The notes below the pieces were generated by a model. That model worked only from the letters and a program-made list of their open reading frames with translations, ran no database searches and was not told where the DNA came from. The position numbers and the translations under genes were made by a program. From Clostridia bacterium (GTDB lineage Bacteria > Bacillota > Clostridia > UBA1212 > DUPL01), in NCBI GenBank assembly GCA_050951325.1, contig JBMNIW010000004.1, positions 105,173 through 169,172 of the forward strand: a stretch of 64,000 nucleotides of DNA. Direction: 5' to 3'. Below are positions 60,620 to 64,000 of the stretch, one piece after another; the first letter of the stretch is position 1; each line of letters begins with the position of its first letter.

Positions 60620-61153
60620 TTAGGCACCCTGCTTCTGTTCTTTTATAGCATTGAGCGCCACTACCAGTCCTCTGATATTTCCGTTAAGAACATTTACGAA
60701 ACCAGTAATCGGGGCGTTGAATCCACCGAGTACCTTGGCAATAAGAACTTCCTTTGTTGGAAGCGAAGCCAAAGCCTTAACACCATCCACACCAACTACT
60801 TCACCTTCAAGGATTGCTCCTTTCAGTTCGAGCTTCTTATGCTCCCTTGCAAAGTTAGACAGAATCCTTGCCGCCACTGCCACATCCTCTTCATGAGTTG
60901 CGATGGCTGTAGGTCCTGTAAACAGTAAAGTACTGTCAGCTACACCTATTTTTTCAGCTGCCTTGATAGCCAGAGTGTTCTTTGTAACCTTGTAGGTTAC
61001 GCCACTCTTTCTCAATTCAGCTCTCAGTTTTGTATCTTCCTCAACTGTCAGGCCTCTGTGGTCAACCACGACAATTGCAGGTGATTGTGAAAACCTTTCA
61101 GCAATCTTATCTACTTCTGCTTGTTTTTGTTTTAAAATTCTATCACTTGGCAC
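60620..61153 (-). CDS. rplJ: 50S ribosomal protein L10
   Basis: GTG start after a GGAGGTG SD; RGLTV, KNTL and FTGPTAIA motifs. Confidence 0.97.
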   Translation of the reverse strand: MPSDRILKQKQAEVDKIAERFSQSPAIVVVDHRGLTVEEDTKLRAELRKSGVTYKVTKNTLAIKAAEKIGVADSTLLFTGPTAIATHEEDVAVAARILSNFAREHKKLELKGAILEGEVVGVDGVKALASLPTKEVLIAKVLGGFNAPITGFVNVLNGNIRGLVVALNAIKEQKQGA

Positions 61154-61171
61154 TAATAACACCTCCTTAAT

Positions 61172-61270
61172 AAAAAACCCTTCTCGAACATACACAAAGA
61201 CACACGAAAAGGGCTAACAGGAAACATCCCTCGGCAGGAATTACGCATGTTCTGCACCTGCTGTCTTCGG
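61172..61270 (-). ncRNA. L10 leader (ribosomal protein autoregulatory RNA)
   Basis: CCGAAGACAGCAGG...AATTCCTGCCGAGG followed by a terminator-like hairpin and T-run upstream of rplJ. Confidence 0.85.
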
Positions 61271-61303
61271 TATGCCGAATATTCAGTTATATCTATACTA
61301 AAA

Positions 61304-61990
61304 CTATTTGCCGGAATTAACTTTTACACCAGGTCCCATAGTGGATGCAAATACAATACTTCTGAAGTATTGACCCTTTGCAGCTGCAGGTTTTGCTCTC
61401 AAAACTGCATCGTACAGAGCTCTAAAGTTCTCTTCAAGCTTTTCAACTCCAAAAGACACTTTACCTATTGGGCAGTGCATAATGTTTGATTTATCAAGCC
61501 TGTACTCAATTTTTCCAGCCTTGAGTTCCTCAACAGCCTTCTTTACATCCATGGTTACAGTACCGGATTTTGGGTTTGGCATTAATCCTTTTGGACCCAG
61601 TACCCTACCAAGGCGTCCTACAACTCCCATCATGTCTGGTGTTGCAACTACTACGTCAAAATCGAACCAGTTTTCCTGCTGAATCTTGGCAACCAGTTCT
61701 TCTGCACCTACATAATCAGCTCCTGCTTGTTCAGCTTCCTTGGCTTTATCACCTTTTGCGAAAACAAGAATCTTCTTTTCCTTACCTGTTCCGTTAGGTA
61801 ATACTACCGCACCTCTGACTTGCTGGTCGGCATGTCTCGAGTCAACGCCAAGTTTGATATGACATTCAACGGTCTCGTCGAACTTGGCCTTAGCGGTCTT
61901 TATAACCAATTCAAGAGCTTCAGTAGGATCATACAATTTGGTTCTATCTACAAGTTTAGCGCTTTCCTTATACTTTTTTCCTCTGAACAT
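61304..61990 (-). CDS. rplA: 50S ribosomal protein L1
   Basis: KFDETVE, DQQVRG and [11 protein letters not shown] motifs. Confidence 0.99.
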   Translation of the reverse strand: MFRGKKYKESAKLVDRTKLYDPTEALELVIKTAKAKFDETVECHIKLGVDSRHADQQVRGAVVLPNGTGKEKKILVFAKGDKAKEAEQAGADYVGAEELVAKIQQENWFDFDVVVATPDMMGVVGRLGRVLGPKGLMPNPKSGTVTMDVKKAVEELKAGKIEYRLDKSNIMHCPIGKVSFGVEKLEENFRALYDAVLRAKPAAAKGQYFRSIVFASTMGPGVKVNSGK

Positions 61991-62032
61991 TTCTCTCACT
62001 CCTTTATGGTTTATTCATTACTTTGCCGCTTG

Positions 62033-62458
62033 TTACCCCTCGACAACGATGCCCATGCTTCTTGCTGTTCCAGCAATCATGCGTGCAGCTGCTTCGATGT
62101 CTGTTGCATTAAGGTCCGGCATTTTCTTTTCAGCGATTTGCATAAGATCTGCTTTTGAAATCTTGGCTACCTTATCCTTGTTTGGCACACCAGATCCACT
62201 CTCAATCTTGCATGCTTTCTTAAGCAATACAGATGCCGGCGGGGTCTTCGTAATGAATGTGAAAGTCCTGTCAGAATAAACAGTTATAACAACTGGTATT
62301 ATCAATCCTACTTCATTCTTGGTCTTTTCATTAAATTCCTTACAGAATCCCATAATATTTAGGCCATGCTGACCTAAAGCTGGTCCAACCGGTGGAGTGG
62401 GGGATGCTTTTCCTGCAGGTATTTGCAGTTTAATCAATGCAGTTACTTTTTTTGCCAT
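62033..62458 (-). CDS. rplK: 50S ribosomal protein L11
   Basis: [18 protein letters not shown] and GTARSMG motifs. Confidence 0.99.
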   Translation of the reverse strand: MAKKVTALIKLQIPAGKASPTPPVGPALGQHGLNIMGFCKEFNEKTKNEVGLIIPVVITVYSDRTFTFITKTPPASVLLKKACKIESGSGVPNKDKVAKISKADLMQIAEKKMPDLNATDIEAAARMIAGTARSMGIVVEG

Positions 62459-62489
62459 AAATTCCACCTCCCAAAATTACATGTATGAG

Positions 62490-63029
62490 TTAAAATATTT
62501 TTTGCAATTGATCATATTCCAGTTCCGCAGATATTTCCCTGCCGAACATGGAGACGAGTACTTTGACTCTTTCCTTTTCCACGTTGATTTCTTCAACTAT
62601 TCCTGTAAAACTCTCAAGAGGACCTGAAACAACCTTGACAGTGTCGCCTACATCGTAATCAACAACAGTCTCCGTATACTCAACACCAAGAGCTCTAACT
62701 TCCGTATCGCTAAGTGGTATTGGTTTCGAACCAGGTCCAACAAATCCGGTCACACCGCGGATATTTCTAACGAGAGACCATGAGTCGTCGGTAAGTATCA
62801 TTTTAATAAGAACATAGCCGGGGAAAATCTTCTTGAGAGAGGATTTTTCACGACCATCCTTGATTTCAACTTCTTCCAGCATGGGAATAATGATATCATA
62901 AAAATAGTCATGCATACCCCTGTTTTCAATAACGCTTTCAAGACTTGCTTTTACTTTGTTCTCGTAACCTGAATATGTGTGAATAACATACCAGTGCGGC
63001 TCATTTGCAACATTATTTTCTATATACAC
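62490..63029 (-). CDS. nusG: Transcription termination/antitermination factor NusG
   Basis: WYVIHTYSGYENKV, FPGYVL, KOW motif; secE-nusG-rplK synteny. Confidence 0.98.
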   Translation of the reverse strand: MYIENNVANEPHWYVIHTYSGYENKVKASLESVIENRGMHDYFYDIIIPMLEEVEIKDGREKSSLKKIFPGYVLIKMILTDDSWSLVRNIRGVTGFVGPGSKPIPLSDTEVRALGVEYTETVVDYDVGDTVKVVSGPLESFTGIVEEINVEKERVKVLVSMFGREISAELEYDQLQKIF

Positions 63030-63045
63030 TCTACCACACCTCTAA

Positions 63046-63279
63046 TCAACCGTAAATCAGTCTTACCAAAGTCTCAAGCAGAAAATCCACAATCCAAATC
63101 AAGCCTCCCACAAGCAGGCAAAAAAGAAGTACCGAACCGGTGTTCTGGACAACTTCCTTCTTTGTAGGCCAGGTCACCTTTTTTAGTTCAGTTGACAAGT
63201 CCTTAAAAAACTTCTTCACCCTACGAGCGACATTTTTGATTGGATTACTTCTGTTCCTTGCTTTCTTGTTGTCAGCCAT
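63046..63279 (-). CDS. secE: Preprotein translocase SecE
   Basis: ELKKVTWP motif plus TM helix. Confidence 0.97.
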   Translation of the reverse strand: MADNKKARNRSNPIKNVARRVKKFFKDLSTELKKVTWPTKKEVVQNTGSVLLFCLLVGGLIWIVDFLLETLVRLIYG

Positions 63280-63295
63280 TTTGTCTACCTACCTT

Positions 63296-63445
63296 TTATT
63301 TTGTCTCTCTGTGCGCAGTGTGTTTCTGGCAGAACTTGCAGTATTTGCTGAGTTCAAGCCTGTCCGGATTGTTCTTTTTGCTTTTCTTGCTTGTGTAATT
63401 TCTTCGCTTGCATTCCGTGCATGCAAGTGTAATGTTAACTCTCAC
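63296..63445 (-). CDS. rpmG: 50S ribosomal protein L33, zinc-binding type (absent from ORF track)
   Basis: Hand translation from GTG: [49 protein letters not shown]. Confidence 0.97.
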   Translation of the reverse strand: MRVNITLACTECKRRNYTSKKSKKNNPDRLELSKYCKFCQKHTAHRETK

Positions 63446-63480
63446 TTAATACACCCCCAATAAAATAAAGCGCACTGTAT

Positions 63481-63509
63481 AATCTAACATAATCCAATAT
63501 GAATGTCAA
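63481..63509 (-). promoter_or_regulatory. sigmaA promoter of rpmG-secE-nusG
   Basis: TTGACA-N17-TAGATT with extended TG. Confidence 0.7.
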
Positions 63510-63580
63510 CAACACAATTTTTTAATAAAGTGTGAAACACACCGTATCATAATACAACATATTGATTAAAAAATCAACTA

Positions 63581-64000
63581 CTAAAACAAGCGTGCAGCAA
63601 AAATTTTTAACTTTGAAATAATGTTTGCCAGAAAATTCTTCTCAAAGAACAATTTCGCAATTGAAGACTCCTCTATCTTTTGCACTAGTGGTGCAAGACT
63701 TTCCCTTGAAGAGAACATGTATATGAAAAGAAGCACAACAGATACAATCAAAATTCCTTCCAAAACTCCTAGAAGAACACCACCCACCGAATCAACCTGT
63801 TTAATAACTGGCAGTTCTCTTGCAAACTTGATGATACGTTTCAAAACAAGCATAATAATCAAAACAAGAATAAACGTTATCAAAAAAGCAAAAACACTGA
63901 CAATAAACGCAGTTACCTTGTCGCTAATGCTTTCTGCAAGAGCTTCAAACGCACCTTCCCCTGTTTGGATATTCTTCTTAAGAAAATTTTCAATCAGTGA
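63581..64000 (-). CDS. CvpA-family membrane protein (5' end outside window)
   Basis: LPVIKQVDSVGGVLLGVLEG...IEESSIAK pattern; frame open to the window edge. Confidence 0.75.
   Translation of the reverse strand, partial: SLIENFLKKNIQTGEGAFEALAESISDKVTAFIVSVFAFLITFILVLIIMLVLKRIIKFARELPVIKQVDSVGGVLLGVLEGILIVSVVLLFIYMFSSRESLAPLVQKIEESSIAKLFFEKNFLANIISKLKIFAARLF

Noticed and set aside
1-64000. tRNA, rRNA and CRISPR loci
   Set aside because: None recognised; the intergenic gaps inspected showed no such patterns.

Overview
Chromosomal window from a spore-forming Clostridia-like Firmicute. Bases 1-14.9 kb hold housekeeping and sporulation genes (tex, CotH-family kinase, spmAB, abrB, rsmI, a 2[4Fe-4S] ferredoxin missing from the ORF track, ricT, holB, darA, PLP decarboxylase, malic enzyme). 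Bases 14.9-22.7 kb hold an atypical Tad/Flp-like operon led by a Ser/Thr kinase fused to a degenerate TadZ/MinD-like domain, with five leaderless pilin-like proteins. Bases 22.9-34.4 kb hold cwlD, an alpha-CTD/sigma-region-4 protein, a decayed MarR/ABC/serine-recombinase remnant and a two-component system. Bases 34.5-64 kb hold the core rpmG-secE-nusG-rplKAJL-rpoBC-rpsLG-fusA-tuf cluster, split between rplL and rpoB by a 12.8-kb nested mobile island (47272-60083). The island is the most notable feature. Two different IS1634-family elements have their right ends joined to the same nucleotide, between T-12 and A-11 of a predicted sigmaA -10 box, with 69-bp and 205-bp target duplications that leave the promoter and the rplL terminator intact. 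One of them appears to have become a composite transposon through a fold-back inverted duplication of its own left end (721-bp inverted repeat plus a 97-bp palindrome later split by an IS4 element). Its cargo is a DNRLRE/Ig/ricin/DUF3289-like surface protein, a small partner protein and a transglutaminase lipoprotein. RpoB carries Asn at the rifampicin-contact position equivalent to E. coli His526. All family calls come from motif recognition by eye; no database searches were run.
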